Positions 1 through 12,964 of a stretch of DNA of 64,000 nucleotides are shown piece after piece. Under the pieces are notes generated by a model. The model made no database searches, had not been told where the DNA came from, and saw only the letters and a program-made list of their open reading frames with translations. A program made the translations under genes and the position numbers. The stretch spans positions 7,998,001 to 8,062,000 of the forward strand of contig OZ024751.1 of assembly GCA_964016885.1 (NCBI GenBank). Reading direction: 5' to 3'. The stretch's first letter is position 1; the number at the start of each line of letters is the position of its first letter. Source of the DNA: Eledone cirrhosa (taxonomy: Eukaryota).

Positions 1-3000
1 ACACATTCATAAACAGTAAAAACAAAACTTTAATGGGCGTCATCTCCAATGACCCTTCGGTGAAAACCGAAGGGAAAACTTTTTCGAACTGTGTAGACAA
101 ACCTAATTTAAAGGTGATTAGGGTCCCTACGGACACCTATAAGTCTTTAAAGGAAAACTTTCCTAAGGACGTAGGTAAGCCTTGTGTTAAACCCATCAAC
201 CGCATCCTTTTAAAAAGTTTCCCTACCCTCTCACCAGACACCCCCACCTCACCAAACATCTCCGTCCCCACCCGCCGGAAACCACCACCCACACAGACAA
301 CTCCTCTAACACCCCCGGCGGAGTTGCCGTTTTGCTGCGGAAACACTTGGGCCTCCTAACACAGACGGTATTTCTGGACTCGGAGGGTCGACTGGTGGGC
401 CTAGACGTTGACGGTAGTGAAGGTGGAGCCATCAGGCTGGTGGCCGCATATGCCCCATACGGGACACCGCGGCCAGACTTCTTCAAACGTCTAGAGACTT
501 TTCTGGGAACGTCCCGCTCCTTGCTTTTAGTGGGGGACAGGATACATTTGGGACTATGTGGGAGCATGTCCCGATAAAGGGGGGTGTAACATCCTCAAAC
601 AGTTAATCGGCCGATTTGACCTGGCCGATAGATATCGACTACATTTTCCGACTGTGCCAGTGTGGAAGTGGACTAATCGCAGCGGAACATCTAGATCGTA
701 ACTAGATAGGGTTCTAGTTAGAAATAAGGATAGGGACATGTTAAGCTGTCCACAAATGTTCATGGATGCCTATTCAGATCACAAACTAGTGACCTGCATG
801 GTCAACCTTGATAGAACCCATAGACAAGGACCCGGCTCCTGGAAGCTGAACTTGTCGTTACCGACATGCAAAGCCTACAGTAGACGGATTAGCACTTTAG
901 TTAAAGAGCACTTGACAGGGGCCATTGTCAACAACAGATGGTGGTATTCTCTCAAGAGGGCAGTTAATTAGACTCGTTAGTTTTTAATAAAGAATTAGCG
1001 TTAGATAGAAATAGAACTGAGAAAGAACTGGTAGATAAAGTAGAAGAGGCAATTAGAAATGGCAACGTAACCAGCGTACTAGCAACGAGAACAGCCTTGG
1101 ACCAGTTCTTCGACGCAAAGCATGAGGGCTGCGTTGTCAGAAGCAAAATACGTGCTCTGTTAGCTGGGCCCGAGTGACGGAGGCAAAAAGTGGCAACAGT
1201 ACACGATTCGGTCTTTGAAGGACCAAAACGGACGCGTGATACGTGAGCCGAAGCAGATGTGTGCGGCCTTTCAGCGGCATTTTGCTCAGCTATTCGGGCA
1301 GGGCGGCGCGCCGGGAGAGGCTATGGATTTCGGTCCATACCTCGACGGCCTACCGCGACTCTCGGACAGCGAGGCAAAGTTCTGCGAAAAGCCGATTTCA
1401 GCCGCTGAGATAGGGGACACGTTGAGCCAATGCGGCTGACGCAAATCTCCAGGTCTCGACGGTCTACCCTACGAATTTTACGTAGCAATGCCGGACTTAT
1501 TCTCCGGTCTCCTGGAAGTGGTCTACTGCAACTGGCAACATAATGGGAAAATTCCTAGTTCTGTGACCGGGCGCGGGGTCACACTAGTCATGAAGGACGA
1601 GATGACATAACCAACTCCGGCCCATAACTCTGCTAAACACAGAGTTACAGATTTTGGCCAAGGTGTTGGCAAAGAGGCTTCCGCTTGTCGTCGAGAACCT
1701 GGTGGGAGAAATGCAGACATGCGCAATCCCGATCATGTCTATACACGACAACCTCCTCCTCATGCGATACATTATAGGGAGTGTAGGGTGTAAACCCGGC
1801 TTCGGTGGGGCCCTGATCAACTTGGATCAGTCTAAGGATTTCGATAGGGTTGACCATCGTTACCTGGATGCGGTGCTCGAGACGGCAGGCTTTGGAAACG
1901 TGTTCAGGGGCTGGATTGCTGCAATGCATAACAGCAACATCTGCTCAAGGGTTAAGGTGAACGGCTACCTCTCGGAGCCGTTCCACTCACGCGATCCATT
2001 CGACAGGGATGCCCTCTCTCCTCCCTTCTTTACGTATTGACTCTCGAGCCACTACTGCGGAAGTTGGAGCTATTGCAGGGCATCCCTCTGGAACCGGGAC
2101 GGCGGAAAGCTGCGTCGGCCTACGCCGACGAAATGACAGTAATGGTGTCTAGCGCCTCGCAAATCGAGGAAGTCGGCACCTTACTCAAGGAATACGAAAG
2201 GTTCACAGGTGCGAAGCTGAACCGGGACAAGTCCATCGGTTTGCAACTCGGATCGTGGAGAGGCAGACCGATGCCTTCCGATGGCGTCGTGGGACGCTGG
2301 ACGAAAGGACCAGTAAAGCTGCACGGGGTCTGGTTTGGTCCGGACCTCCAGATGGAGAAGAACTGGAACGAGGTCACGGCCAAGGTGTTTGCACTCACAC
2401 AGAAGTGGGCCGAGTGCAAACTATCCTTGAAAGGTCGAGCGGAGGTGGCGAACACTTTTATGACGTCCGCCATCTACTACCGCTTGACCGTCGTGCCTTG
2501 TCCAGCCAAAACGCTAGCCAAAATGGAGCGCGCGCTCTTCCAATTCCATTGGAAGAGGCGGGCTCCTTTGGTGAGAAGATCCATCTGCTGCCAACGCCCT
2601 TCCAACGGAGGGCTGGGGATGCCGTGGCAGACGATGCGCAAACACGCGCTCAGGCTGCTACATCTCTACGTATTCCTCACCGGACAACCGGCGTGGGCCC
2701 CGTTCGTGAGGCGAGCCTTCCCACGACTCGTCTCGCTGACGGAGCTGCAGTCCTGAGTCAAGCAAAGACCGAGGAAAATGGGCGACTGGCACATCGAATG
2801 TGTTCAGGCGCTCACAGCCCTCTGGCAGGCGGACCCGGCGATCAGTGGAGAGTCCACTTCGTCATTCTATAGAGGATTGATCCGCAGCAAGTGCGACGAC
2901 GTGCTCTGTGAAACTCTGGGCGTAGAGGAAGACGAACTGGCCAGTCTGTTCGGTAGGACCTTCCGCCCGGGACCGATGGACAACTTCCAAGTCCCTGGCC

Positions 3001-3718
3001 TGGCAGTGCTACCGAGGAGCTCTACCAGTTCGAGACAAGCTCTACAGACATGGTCGCCCGGGGAGGGACTCTGCAAAAAAGATCCGTCCGAGGTGCGTGC
3101 GAGACGAAGAAACCATCGCGCACGCTTTCATACACTGCCCGGGCGTCACCGACCTGTGGGGCTATGTAGAATGACTATTGTCGCGGCTGGGACCAATCCG
3201 GTTGACCACCTAGTCCATTGACATGATCAAACCGCCAGCCTCTTTCAAAAACGAAGGAGAGGCGGTTTTCCTTTGTGTGATAGCTATGGCGAAAGAGGTT
3301 GTATGGTGGACAAGGTTGAAAGGGCTGAGGTCAGACACCTTTCTCTCCGGACAACACTTGATACTCTTTTTCAAATACCACTTTGGTAGAAGAATCAGGA
3401 TGGAGAGAGAGGTGCTGTACCCCAGCAAGTTTTATGAAAAGTGGGTGAAAGGGTCGAGAATGGCTCTATATCAGCCTGTAGGGTGAGGAAGAAGAGGAGG
3501 AGAGGAAAGGAGTAGAAACTCTTCGTACTCCTGAAGATGAGGGTTGCACATTTTGTTCGGGGGTATGTGTTACCCATATGAAATGTCTCCCCTTATTGGG
3601 GAAAATCGACTAATTTTTTAATTACATTTGTGATAATATTTTACACGTTTTTATTGTATGTAAACTTCCCCCTCTGTATTTGTCCTCTTCTTTTGAGCCC
3701 CTGTGGCTAATAAAGAAA
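1..3718 (+). mobile_element. Disrupted Tx1/L1-clade non-LTR retrotransposon (5' end uncertain; 1-310 tentatively ORF1-derived)
   Basis: Fragmented ORF2 motifs occur in the expected order. The 3' UTR ends CCCTGTGGCTAATAAAGAAA and is followed by (TATC)n. Confidence 0.9.
317..3486 (+). pseudogene. Tx1-type ORF2 (APE endonuclease + reverse transcriptase + C-terminal domain) with many stops and frameshifts
   Basis: APE: GGVAVLL, RLVAAYAP, LLLVGD, SDHKLV, WKLNLSL. RT: KSPGLDGLPYEFY, RPITLLN..LAKVLAKRL, QTCAIP, LINLDQSKDFDRVDH, RQGCPLSP, AYADE. Also LSLKGRAEVAN, GGLGMP and the C-terminal AKEVVWWTR...RIRMER. Confidence 0.9.
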
Positions 3719-3759
3719 CATATATATCTATTTATCTATCTATTTATCTATCTATCTAT

Positions 3760-3947
3760 GTGTGGGCGACCCCACAAGGCGCCTCCTCCCTATTGAGGGT
3801 TTTGTTATAAAATGTATTTTGTTATATTTAATTGTATTTTTATACTTTGTTATTGCCTCCTCCTTATTGAGGGCGCATTTTCATGTAAACTCCCCCCCAT
3901 TGTACTTGTCCCACTTGTTGATGCCCTGGTGGCAAATAAATAGAAAA
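3760..3947 (+). mobile_element. 5'-truncated Tx1-like 3' UTR, second copy
   Basis: Shares CCCTATTG.GG, ATGTAAACTCCCC..TGTA.TTGTCC and CCCTG(G)TGGC.AATAAA with the first 3' end. Flanked by TATC repeats. Confidence 0.75.
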
Positions 3948-3973
3948 TGATCTATCTATCTATCTATCTATTT

Positions 3974-4354
3974 ACTCAACTGATTCGTTTTTTTCAAATA
4001 TCATTTTGGAAGAAGAATCAGGATGGAGAGAGAGTTGCTGTACCCCAGCAAATTTTATAAATGGTGGGTGAATGTGGCAAAGATGGCCCGAGTTGTTGGG
4101 TCTTCTCTCTATATAAGACTGTAGGTTGAGGAAAAAGAGGAAGAGAGGAAGGGAGTACTCACTTTTGGTGATCCTGGAGATGAGGGTTGTACATTTTTTC
4201 GGGGTGTGTACAACCCCTGTGTAACACCTCACCCCTATTGGGGATTTCAATTGTTATTTGTTATTGTATTAATAGTTTTATTTTCATATACCTGTATGTA
4301 AACTCCCCATTTGTATTTGTCCCCTTCTTTTGTGCCCTTGTGGCTAATAAATAA
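3974..4354 (+). mobile_element. 5'-truncated Tx1-like ORF2 end plus 3' UTR, third copy
   Basis: Close match to 3355-3715 (TTTTTCAAATA.CA.TTTGG.AGAAGAATCAGGATGGAGAGAGAG.TGCTGTACCCCAGCAA). Flanked by TATC repeats. Confidence 0.85.
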
Positions 4355-5796
4355 ATGTATCTATATATCTGATCATCTGTCTGTCCATCTGTATCTCTCT
4401 TTATCTATCTATCTACTATCACTTTATCTGTCTCTCTGCATCGATATATGTATTTATGTATTATGTATCTGTCAATCGATATATCTTGTCTCCTCCCCAC
4501 ACACACACGCACACACACAGTTATCTATTTATCTCTCTATATATATTGTTTAAAGCAATACATTATATCACCCAGTAATGGATACGAGTATATTGTTGCA
4601 TGCAATGAATAAATAACGAAAAGAAAAGAAATATTAATCTTTGATTATTCTTCGTCCTTGTGTGTATTTAATAGTTCCCCATATACTGGACAATAAAAGT
4701 TCTTTATTTCTCTGTGTATTTGATTCTTAATTCAAAACAGAATCGCTTTCTTCATAAAGAAAATATTAGGAAAGAATGTACAGTGTCCTACCGTATTTCC
4801 ATTATAGAATACGTTTGATAGTGTTGAAAGTGTATATTACAACGAGGTGATTTGTTTGGCAAGTACTAAAATCCATAGCTAGTATTGCATATCGTAAAAG
4901 GCTATCGTAAAAGCCATTATACTGGCTGATAAAAACACTTTTCTTATATGAGAAGCAGTTTTCGTCTATAGGTGAAAATACAAAACGAAATAATACCTGT
5001 CATGAAGCTAACGAAATTAACTTGAAGCCGATGCATTTCACTGATTCAATATTGTAGCTGCTGGGTATTATTGTGGCTTTGGCAGAGAACCAAATCTTAT
5101 TAAGACGATATGCTATTTTCTTCTTTTGTTACGCTATAGACTTCTTTAGACAAGTGTGATTTAAATGCAGTGTCTCGGCGGTTTATTTAATGTCAGTGCA
5201 TTATATGTTTAAGCTATAGTAATCAGTGAGATAGTATTTTATAAAAGTAATTTACAAATTATATTGCAAATGCGTTTTAGTGTTGCTTGTATGATGCCAT
5301 AAAGTATATGCTAATGTGTATTGTATAAGTGGAGAATTCCATATATATGTAACTAAAAGAGATAGCTTCTACGTAAGACATACAACACTGTCACTGTGTA
5401 GCGATTTCAGAAACGGAGGTTTGCCGTATCTGCCATTTATAACGATAAAGGTGGTACTTGAGCTTTTTGCTGTGAGCTAACGAAACAGCTGTCTATTAAT
5501 AATACTATATTCTACTCCTAAGAGATTTCACCTCTATGAGATCGGGTATTTTTAGCAAATCCTGTAGAAATATACAAATGAATGAATAATGCTTTCTGTG
5601 GGCGTGATCTTGATCTGACACCGCATTTACATCACCTGATATATTGCTGTCATATCAGAATGTTATATTATGTCGTCCCTTTTTATTCTAACAGGAAAAC
5701 ATTATGCAATTATTTTCTAAAACGAGGCAAAGTTATTTTGCTTCTCCACGTACACTTCACACGATAATGTTATTCTAGGAGTTTTGCACTGACAGT

Positions 5797-5846
5797 TTGG
5801 TAGCAGCAGCAGTAGCAGCAGTAGTAGTAGTAGTAGTAGCAGCAGC

Positions 5847-5940
<94 letters not shown>

Positions 5941-6070
5941 ATGGTGGTGGTGGCTGTAGCGGTAGTAGTGATGCTGGTCGTCGTGGTAATTGTGGTAGTA
6001 GCAAATGTGGTGATTGGTTGTCCTGTTAGTAGTATTAGCAGCATCAACAGTAGAAACAGCAGCAACAGTT

Positions 6071-6140
<70 letters not shown>

Positions 6141-6141
6141 C

Positions 6142-6172
<31 letters not shown>

Positions 6173-6182
6173 TTATTATTAT

Positions 6183-6216
<34 letters not shown>

Positions 6217-6380
6217 AGTGGTGATAGTGGTGGTGCTGGTGGTGCTGGTGTTGTTGGTTATCGTGGTAATTTAGTAGTAGTAGCAATGGTGGTGATTGGT
6301 TGTGGTGTTAGTAGTATTAGCAGCAGCAGCAGCGGAAACAGCAGCAACAGCTAGTAGTAGTAGTAGTAGTAGTAGTAGTT
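5797..6380. repeat. (TAG)n compound microsatellite with an internal higher-order duplication
   Basis: Long GTA/TAG runs. The block CGTGGTAATT...GGTGATTGGTTGT...GAAACAGCAGCAACAG occurs at ~5980-6068 and ~6261-6350. Confidence 0.95.
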
Positions 6381-6521
6381 AGTCTACGTCGAGTTAGTTA
6401 TTGGCTAGAGCATTGCTTTTCTTTAATATATTGTTATGTTCCATTTTGTTATGGACGTCGGTCTTAATATGATTTCTTTTTTTTTCTATCTAAATACACA
6501 ACTGCTTTCTTCATATAGAGT

Positions 6522-7302
6522 GACTTCAATGTATATGACTGCAGTTTACAGCACTTCCTTTAATGTGCAAGACTGCAGTTTACAGGGCTTCCTTTAATGT
6601 ATATAACTGCAATTTACAGCGATTCTTTTAGTGTGCAAGACTTCAGTTTACAGAGCTCCTTTAATGTACATGACTGCAGTTTACAGCACTTCGTTAATGT
6701 ATATGACTGTAGTTTAACCGCTTCTTTAATGTATATGACTGTAGTTTACAGCGCTTCCGTTAATGTATATAACTGCAACATACAGCGCTTCCTTTAATGT
6801 GCAAGACTGCAATTTACAGCACTTCCTTTAATGTATACAAATGCAATTTACAACGATTCCCTTAGTGTACATGAATGCAGTTTACGGCGTTTCCTTTAAT
6901 GTACATGACTGCAGTTTACAGCGTTTCTTTAATCTATATGACTGTATTTTAAAGCGTTTATTTAATGTATATGACTGCAGTTTACAGCTCTTCTTTAATG
7001 TATATAAATGCAGTTTACAGCGCTTCTTTAATGTATATGACTGCAGTTTACAGCGCTTCTTTAATGTATATGACTGCATTGTACATGGCTTATTTAATGT
7101 GCAAGACTGCAGTTTACAGCGCTTCTTTATTTTGTATGACTGCAGTTTACATCGCTTCTTTAATGTATATGACTGCAGTTTACAGCACTTCTTTAATGTG
7201 CAATACTACAGTTTATATCACTTCTTTAATGTACATGACTGCAGTTTACCGCGCTTCATTTAATGTATATGACTGCAGTTTACAGCGCTTCTTTAATGTA
7301 TA
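6522..7302. repeat. 33-bp minisatellite, about 23 copies
   Basis: Unit TTCTTTAATGTATATGACTGCAGTTTACAGCGC, seen as the 11-aa period FFNVYDCSLQR in the ORF track. Confidence 0.95.
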
Positions 7303-8690
7303 CTAGCAGATTTACCCGGCGTTGCTCGGTGTTTGAAATTATGCTAAGAATATACAGCTAGGAAGTAAAAGAAGAACATTATTTGTCCCCGACCTGTCAA
7401 AATAAGCAGAGGTCTTCAATAATTAATGCAAACGAATATTTAGTGCAATCTTTGTACACATAAAACTATGCTGATAATGAAGGGAAACACTGAATAGGAT
7501 GTAGTTATACAAATGATTAAAGACAATACACGTTGCAAATCTTTAAAAAAAAACAGCCAGTTTTGCTAAAGTACAAAAAGTTGTAATGAAAGCAGAGTTG
7601 TATACAAACAAAAAAAACAATGAGATGCCTTTTAAATACCCCGCGATAAAGCTCTACACTTCAGCCGAATAGCTCGAGCAGTAGCTGAAGCGTTTCTCAA
7701 ATGCCGACTTTGACGTTCTTGCTCAGTCTCAATTGCTCTTGCTGCAACATTAGCTGAATCATTACGCGCACGGCGTCTTTCATATGTTTGTACTGTCTCT
7801 GCAGATATTGCTGCAGCATTATCTGCAGCATCCATAGCAAGGCGTGTTTCACGTTGCTCTGTAGACTCTGCAGCTCGTGCTGCAGCAGTTGCTTTAGCAT
7901 TATTGGTTCGCCGCACTAAGCTACGCTCAGAGGCGTACACAGATGTTGCAATAACTGTACTCACCGCATTTAGTGATTGTCTATTTTCGGTTATCGGCGG
8001 AGCGTCATTTACACGCATTGTTTTCTTCGACCGATAGCCAATATGTGTATACTTTCTTTTACGTGGCATATTTAGTGAAAAGTTGTAAAGTCAAAATGTA
8101 TGAATTGAAGCGTTACAGTTAACTTTGAAAGTAAAACAAATTATATTTTTGTATCAACATGGTTATGAAAGTTTTAAAAATGTAAACGTTGTAGGTCCCA
8201 ATGGTTTGAATGGAAAGTCCCATAACGATTGTTCTCAAAATAAACAAATCATCATCAAAATCTCGTCAATCCGAGACTGCTGCGAGATTATGCCCTTAAC
8301 GCGAACATTTCCGCTTAATATAGTGAAACAAGTTAAAACAACAAGTGTTTTTTAACTTTGAAAGTGCAACAAAGAATAAACAAGAAACAAACGATAATAT
8401 TAGTGATTTATCTTCAAATGAATGTGATGTTTATATTTCTGAAAAAGTTGGTTATCTCCCTTTTTTATAAGGATTGTCAATAAAGTATGATATCTCCCTT
8501 ACATCAATTTTTCTACCGATAATTTTAATATCGATTTTTTATTGCTCAACGTGGGTCAATTTGAGAAATGTTTGAGATGTGACAATCTTAGCGACCTGTG
8601 CAACGTGCACAGAAAATTTGGTCAAATTCAGTTGGTAATTGTGAAAGCCTTAAGCATGCAAAGTTGTACACATACACACACACATCCTCG
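7303..8690 (-). mobile_element. Internally deleted Helitron-like element
   Basis: The minus strand ends CCGAGCAACGCCGGG-TAAATCTG-CTAG (hairpin + CTAG 3' terminus). It contains an STPR-like ORF. The far end AAATTTGGTCAAATTCAGTTG...(CA)n resembles invertebrate non-autonomous Helitrons. Confidence 0.7.
7632..8069 (-). pseudogene. N-terminal fragment of a Helitron RepHel-like protein with STPR-like 23-aa repeats
   Basis: Basic start MPRKRK followed by AESTEQRETRLAMDAADNAAAIS / AETVQTYERRRARNDSANVAARA / IETEQERQSRHLRNASATARA (23-aa period, E-T/S-x-E/Q..R..R). No Rep or helicase domain follows. Confidence 0.65.
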
Positions 8691-9110
8691 AATGAGCAGC
8701 ACGTCTGATACAATAGAACTTTGGAAAACCGTTCTTTGTTGCATGTGTTCAGCATCCTCGTGGTTAAGGTGGTCGCAGGCCTCTCATTTGCTTTTACACA
8801 AATCTAATTGTGGTATGGTTCAGATGACGTATTTGCACTGCATCGGCTTACATTTCGTCTTTCTGGAAATGCTTATTTAAAATACCTAATCATTAGGAGG
8901 CTTGACCTCTATGGATTTCCTTCAGGATTGGACCGGCTTGACCGGAGTAACGTCATTGTCCCAACAAAATAGCCGTTTATCCATTCGAGGTGGCAGGCGC
9001 AAATATGAGAAGCCAAATTTTGTAGTAGATTCCTCGGTTCCAATATCATTATCTCGACCACAAATTCCAGTAGAACAGCCCACAACGCAGACGAGAGGGA
9101 GTTAACAAAC
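8690..9110 (-). mobile_element. Possible degraded RTE LINE fragment
   Basis: GC-richer island. The minus strand gives ISISRKTKCKPMQ, resembling RTE (L)TISxKKTxVMxQ. Weak. Confidence 0.3.
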
Positions 9111-9890
9111 GTTCGTTTATAATTTGCGTTCAAACAAATTAAACCAGAAAAATCTCATTAAAAATACAGAAAGAAACATCAGTAGGTACGTACTTTTAAA
9201 TACTGACTTTGAAATTAATGATTCTGTGAGTAATGATACTCCCGCGTTTTATCTTAGGTTGCTTACTAATTAATAAAGTTGTAGTGAGGTATTCCGGTAA
9301 CAAATTGCGATCTGTTAATTAAGGATAAATGTTCTTTTCTTACATATTCCACGTGTTAAGGATTTCATTGCTCTTTTCTCTTTCTGATTTGAAAGATATA
9401 TTTGTTTGGATCTAAGGAATGATTTCCTCATAAACGTCCCCTCGTTATGCTTGGGATATTATAAACGTGGCTATGTCATTCAGTGCAATGAAATTCGTAT
9501 GATCTCCTAAAATTCTTTCCTTTTTGATGTCCTGAAAGAAGCGCTCTCGAGAGAGTCATATAAAATCGGCCGGACCTAGACTATACATTCAATATCATTC
9601 ATTTTTCAGTGATGCTTAAATTTTACGATTAATTCGGGTGAGAAAATTCATATCTATTTACGTTTTCAATTATAATTAAATATCTCTCTTTCGTTTTGAT
9701 CTTTAACGAATATATTGGAATTTTCTGAATCTCTTTTTCGTATGTCTTATAATGATCCAGTTCGATCTCACTCGGATTAAACTGGTTACGAAATAAATTA
9801 AATATTCCTTTCCTGTCGATAATGGAGTATATTGTCAAATGGAGAACAACGTATACAACCGTGTTATCAACCGTGTAATTTTTCGTGTAA

Positions 9891-9950
<60 letters not shown>

Positions 9951-10065
9951 TGAGGGAGAGAGAGAGAGAGTGAGAGAGAGATAGAGATAGAGAGAGAGAG
10001 AGCGAGAGAGAGAGACTATTACTAACTAGAGTACTCGCTACTTGGGCTAGTAGAGTATGATTATA

Positions 10066-10180
10066 TTATAAAGAGGTCGTACCCCGACGCCTGGATTCTT
10101 GCATTTTAACGGCTAGTTCCAGACACATCAGATGCTGAAACGGCAAGGGCACAGACCTCGGGGTCCCGACACTTTATTAT
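10066..10180 (+). mobile_element. Diverged copy of fold-back family X (half-hammerhead palindrome)
   Basis: TAAAGAGGTCGTACCCCGAC ... GAAACGGCAAGGGCACAGACCTCGGGGTCCCGACACTTTA between TA runs; aligns to 28143-28259. Confidence 0.6.
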
Positions 10181-10207
10181 ATATATATAGAGGCCCCTTA
10201 TCCCCCC

Positions 10208-10265
<58 letters not shown>

Positions 10266-10270
<5 letters not shown>

Positions 10271-10657
10271 TAAAGCTGACGGCTGTATGTATATAACAAA
10301 GTTTTCGCTAAACGGCTGGACCAACCGGCACGAAATTTGCACCATAGATGTAACATTTTCTAAGTAAGAAACTGAGGGTATTTTTGTCTACTAAATTTTG
10401 TTACGAGATATTTTATTGTTTATTTAAATATTCACTTCCTAAAAGTTTTCAAATGTCAAAACACTTCCGGTTAGCGATTCCTCTCTCTTTCGTAGTATGT
10501 CTTTTTAGATAGATACATAACTATAACGTAGCGCCCTTATAATAAGTATCTGTATGTCTGGTTGTCTGCATTATGAAAACCCTTCTGTACATTGACTTCT
10601 CTATCCGTGTGTGTGTATAACTGTATATATAGTGTGTGTATGTATATATATATATAT

Positions 10658-10756
<99 letters not shown>

Positions 10757-11086
10757 CTTTAGTATCATAAATAAGAGACAGTTTAATTTGTACATTTTAT
10801 TACCGCATTCCTCTATACGTATATATACATACATAAACATGTTATTTACAGTTGTATAAAAAGGAAGTATAATTGTTTCTACGTTTGGCACAACGCCAGC
10901 AATTAACCCAGTAGATTACTGGTACTTTATAATATATAATATATATAATACGATATTCCTCTCTCTTTCTTATTCTGTCATTGTAGATAGATCCATAGCT
11001 ATAACGTCACGCGCTTATAATATATGTCTGTATGTCTGCCTGTGTGCATTGACTTCGCTTCTAACCAACATTTAATTAATTATATA

Positions 11087-11158
<72 letters not shown>

Positions 11159-11450
11159 TATATATCCCTGTAATATTGTACTATATATTTTCCACAGTAG
11201 TACACTATTATATATTTTCAACAGTAATACTGTACGATACTATATATTTTCAACAGTAATACTATACCATATCTTTTCAACAGTAATACTATACGATATA
11301 TTTTCAACAGTATTACTATACTATATGTTTTCAACAGCAATACTATACTATATATTTTCAACAGTAATATTATACTAAACTATATATTTTCAACAGCAAT
11401 ACAGACGGCTTATTGCCTGTTTATCCAAGCGAAGCTAGGTCCCTCACCTA
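10266..11450 (+). mobile_element. Degenerate non-autonomous Helitron-like element(s)
   Basis: 5'-like TAATAAAGCTGA..TGTATGT..AAACGGCTGGACCAA..CGAAATTTG and 3'-like CCAAGCGAAGCTAGG...CTA. Internal ~100-bp duplication (10475-10600 / 10953-11060) and a minisatellite. Confidence 0.5.
11178..11402. repeat. Minisatellite with 28-34-bp unit (TACTATATATTTTCAACAGTAA core), about 7 copies
   Basis: Repeated TTTTCAACAG(T/C)AATACT. Confidence 0.85.
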
Positions 11451-11517
11451 TATATATATATATGAATGCCGTAGAACACGCAAATTGTAGCCGGTCGCCA
11501 GCCGAACTGGCCATCTA

Positions 11518-11592
<75 letters not shown>

Positions 11593-12129
11593 AAAATGAG
11601 ATGTCCTGCACGGGTGAATGTATAAGGAAAATAAATTGAATATAAAACTGGAGTCTTTAAAGAATAGTTACTTATTTATTTATTTTATCGGTTTCGCAGT
11701 TCTTATGATTTTCAAAAGTAAAACTGCGATGGACGGTTTGTGTATCTGTTGTGGTCTGTCATCAGACGCCTGGCCTGCTATATCATACCTTTATATAAAA
11801 TAAGCTCCTACAAGATAATATTGGTCGAATGGTTATCTTCCCAAAACAGAGTAATTATCAGTCAGGTTCATTTTGGTGTAATGGTTCATTATTTTCTCTG
11901 AGCATTCGAGAGATGCATGCGCCTTATCCTCATTAGTGTCTCTGTAAACATTTTCCCTCTCCAGTGGCAATTTCCTTTAATCAGTCAACTGGTATTTGTA
12001 GTCATAAGCTACTTTCATAATTATCCGAATTGTGTAGACTATAATTTTAAATCTCTCAATGATTCTTTTCTCAAATAAAATCTTGCTTAAACTTCTAGCG
12101 TCACTCATAATATTTTAAAATACTCGTTA

Positions 12130-12755
12130 AAGAATTGTACGTATAACCAATACACTTATGAGTAATGGTTAACCATATATTTCTCGCATACGACAGGTGC
12201 TTCGTCCGATTCAGTTAGGATACCCTACTCCATTTTTTTGTCACCAAGGTATTTTTACTCGATTTATTTAACATGATGCTCATGTTCGAATCATCTGACT
12301 GGAAATCTAAGCTTCCATTGAATTTGAAATGTGATTTATTTCAAGCCGTTGTGCAGTCAGTTCTGTTATATGGATGTATAACATGGAAATTAACAAAATA
12401 AACTTGACGGAACCTATACAAGAATGCTTCGAGCTACACTGGACAACTCTTGGAGACAATACTGTACGACGGAACATATTTATGGAAATTTACCACCAAT
12501 ATTACAGAGAGAACAACTTTATGGAAATTTAGCACCAATATATCAGAGAAAGAAGAACAAGAGTCGCTGGACATTGGTGGAGAGCCAAGGAGGAGATCAT
12601 TGGCGAGGTGTTGGTAGGACAGATTGAACCTTCATAAAACAACTATGCAACGTTTCTTAGTGCACCCAAGAAGACCTAGCACGTGCAATGGTAGATCGAA
12701 CAGATTGGAGTTAACGAACCATGGTGATCCGTGCAATAACTACTCCCGAATAATG
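12130..12755 (+). mobile_element. Old RTE-group LINE 3' fragment
   Basis: WKSKLPLNLKCDLFQAVVQSVLLYGCITWKLTK..LDGTYTRMLRATLDNSWRQ..IYGNLPPI. Confidence 0.8.
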
Positions 12756-12914
12756 CTGATTTAACTATTGTTTATAGTTATCGGCATTGTGGGGAACATA
12801 TATTTCAATGTCAAATTTGTTTATATAATTACACACACAGAGAGATACTCATACATGTATAGTAATAGACAAAACAAATACAGATACACAAATCTTATTA
12901 GTTTCACGATTAGG

Positions 12915-12964
<50 letters not shown>

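Noticed and set aside
5717-6354. Poly-V/S/L/T ORFs
   Set aside because: They are reading frames of the (TAG)n repeat.
6522-7302. 33-bp repeat as a CRISPR array or repeat protein
   Set aside because: The units are contiguous with no spacers, there are no cas genes, the context is eukaryotic, and other parts of the array contain stops.
9140-9890. 69-aa minus-strand ORF (9629-9838) and a CTGAAAGA motif near 9533
   Set aside because: No recognisable domain; no GAAA, stem III or stem I partner.
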